Below are positions 63,101 to 64,000 of a stretch of 64,000 nt of DNA, piece after piece. The DNA lies in contig CM000208.1 of the NCBI GenBank assembly GCA_000002445.1, positions 2,176,001 to 2,240,000 of the forward strand, written 5' to 3'. The DNA is from Trypanosoma brucei. Taxonomy: Eukaryota. The notes under the pieces are model-generated. The model was not told where the DNA came from. It made no database searches and saw only the letters and a list, made by a program, of their open reading frames with translations. Made by a program: the position numbers and the translations under genes. Position 1 is the stretch's first letter. Every line of letters starts with the position of its first letter.

Positions 63101-63500
63101 GCGTGACGATGTGAAGGTGATCCGTAAAGTAAAGGATGGCATAACTGACTTTGAGAGCAACACTGACAATGATGTGGTCGTTCTCTTGGACAAGCGAGAT
63201 GACCAAACGTTGGTGGACTCATGGCGCGCGCGGGAGTTCGTTAACCGAGTGCAGCAGCTCCGCAAGAAGGCCAAACTCATCGTCAAAGACATTATTGAGG
63301 TCTACTTCGAGACGGAGGATCCGGAACTGACTACCTCGATCCTCAACTGCTCTGAGCAGGTTAACAAAACTATCCGGGGGAAATGGGAAACAATGGACAA
63401 GCTCCCTAAAGGGGCTAAGCTAATTGCGGAGGAAGACAACTCGATATCGGGAGTTGGAATAAGAATTGTTTTCACACAACCGTCGGCTGGTGAATCGTAA
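60069..63500 (+). CDS. IleRS: Isoleucyl-tRNA synthetase with N-terminal mitochondrial-type extension; internal alternative initiator Met at 60267
   Basis: Class I signatures: HYGH (PFATGLPHYGHLLAGT), KMSKRL and the editing domain. The length and overall order are typical of eukaryotic IleRS. The first 66 codons (MNRCYSLLCSVLNSGKRAQTSFPSTRRTVIHSRVL...) look like a presequence. Confidence 0.95.
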   Translation: MNRCYSLLCSVLNSGKRAQTSFPSTRRTVIHSRVLPSESITSSFSPPETTTASKDKSRGEAASKTTMTGPLQNFGDELNFPKMEEEVLKHWEDIDAFKECLKQSEGKKPYTFYDGPPFATGLPHYGHLLAGTIKDIVCRYAHQTGHHVDRRFGWDCHGLPIEFEIDKEYGIKSSHDVKKMGIENYNNACRAIVMRFSEEWRKTVTRMGRWIDFDNDYKTMYLSYMESVWWVFKSLWDKGLVYRGFKVMPFSTACTTPLSNFEANLNYKDVSDPSLMVTFRTKDDPNTFLIAWTTTPWTLPSNLALCVHPDIDYVKVLDSKTKRHYIFGEPRLGEVYPKKKGDGKKGTEASPYTIVSRMKGKELVGTKYEPLFPYFEEKYGATAYRVLCDAYVATDSGTCVVHQAPGFGEEDNRICIDSGVITKEDMLCPVDENGSFTPDVVDFQGRYVKEADSDIIKYLESKGLVHSKGSIVHSYPFCWRSEAPLIYKAVDTWFVKVESLREQLLSANEETEWVPDFVKVRRFSNWLADAKDWNVSRNRYWGTPLPIWHSEDWEEVVCVGSVAELEELSGTKGITDIHRHFVDQLTIPSKRPGMPPLRRVEVVFDCWFESGSMPYAQIHYPFAAKDSFVGEKFPADFVAEGLDQTRGWFYTMLVLGVALFGRAPFKNVVVNGLILAEDGKKMSKRLKNYPEPGIIINTHGADALRMYMINSPVVRAEPLRFREQGVKGIVRDVMLPLFNAAKFFIANANYCVELGGNVATDVVSSNEMDRWILASTQTLQQYVKREMEKYHLYNVVPGVLRFVVDLSNWYVRMNRRRMKDTVDLEDRSRALSTMLNVLFAVSRIIAPIAPFVAEMLYLRIKPLLPQEQQLKSVHFHMFPEDDISKHDEVLERAMTRMVTIVELARVLRDRMVIPMKRPVRQVVVVHPDEAYLDDVRKVVTYIKEEVSAFEVVLSSSDEYVTTQLDASMENLGKLYRNEAPQIRKAIQALGPAAVTEFLKTGEVEVLGKKISRDDVKVIRKVKDGITDFESNTDNDVVVLLDKRDDQTLVDSWRAREFVNRVQQLRKKAKLIVKDIIEVYFETEDPELTTSILNCSEQVNKTIRGKWETMDKLPKGAKLIAEEDNSISGVGIRIVFTQPSAGES

Positions 63501-64000
63501 TGTGTGCATGGTGTTTCTTTATCCCATGCTCGGAACTTTGCCTCAGGGGAATCTCCCCTCTGTTTCAGACCTTAAAGACTGATGTAAGAATAAACGCAAG
63601 GGGCTTGGAGAACACCAGCAGGACGGTATGCTGAAGCGGGGGAAGTGGTAGTAGCAAAAAAAACTAAGAAGAGGCAACCGTAGGTGAGGAGGGGAGGGAT
63701 GAAGTAATGTTGTGAATATGAGATTTAAAAAAAAGGATGCATGGGAAGCAAAAAGGACAACAAAAAGAAAAGAATAGTGGGGATGGGTCGGCGGGTGGAT
63801 AGGGTGAGGTAACAACGGAGGAAAGAACAGACTGCATTTCAACATTGTTGTGATGTATACACCTTTTCATCCATTTTTTGTTTAATTTTTCCTTTTCAAA
63901 ATATTTTCTAGTGATAACATAGAAGCTACTTTAAAGGAGTAGGTGTTTTGTTGTACTGACTTTTATTGGTTCCTAGCCTTCACCCAAGAGTATTGTCTCG

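Noticed and set aside
21526-63500. Possible functional 'tRNA-biology operon' (TRM6, Pus7, IleRS in the same array)
   Set aside because: The genes are separated by many unrelated genes. Kinetoplastid polycistrons are not functionally organised operons. Co-occurrence is most simply coincidental.
1-64000. Prokaryotic-style novel systems (CRISPR arrays, defence islands, toxin-antitoxin pairs, IS elements)
   Set aside because: I saw no direct-repeat/spacer arrays, no inverted-repeat-bounded transposase genes and no bacterial operon structure. The window is a conserved eukaryotic (kinetoplastid) core region. Its most unusual local structure is the KAP-gene direct repeat.

Overview
The window reads as kinetoplastid (Trypanosoma brucei-like) nuclear DNA. 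It is one unidirectional polycistronic gene array in which every convincing protein-coding gene is on the + strand, with no introns. Intergenic regions are built from polypyrimidine tracts followed by AG (trans-splice acceptor regions), purine-rich 3'UTR-like stretches and dinucleotide microsatellites. About 28 + strand CDS can be supported. Recognisable products: isoleucyl-tRNA synthetase with an N-terminal presequence, a DEAH-box RNA helicase, TRM6/Gcd10 (tRNA m1A58 methyltransferase non-catalytic subunit), Pus7/TruD pseudouridine synthase, a folate-biopterin (BT1) transporter, a 171-aa MscS-like mechanosensitive channel, a cyclin L-like cyclin with a C-terminal RS domain, a DCN1 PONY-domain protein, a PRA1-family protein, a SWIM zinc-finger protein, an FAD oxidoreductase with an N-terminal MGxxxSC acylation motif, a signal-peptide cysteine-patterned protein and a leucine-rich-repeat protein. 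A cluster of small basic HMG-box / Lys-Ala-rich proteins, each carrying an MLR(V/F) mitochondrial-type presequence, resembles kinetoplast-associated (KAP) proteins. Inside that cluster one HMG-box gene occurs twice, within two apparently identical ~536-bp direct repeats 2995 bp apart that flank a third paralogue. The ORF track starts many ORFs at TTG/GTG/CTG, so for a eukaryote I moved starts to the first in-frame ATG and say so per feature. Minus-strand ORFs are antisense overlaps of + strand genes and are treated as non-coding. I found no prokaryotic-type features (CRISPR arrays, operons, IS elements) and no rRNA or tRNA genes.
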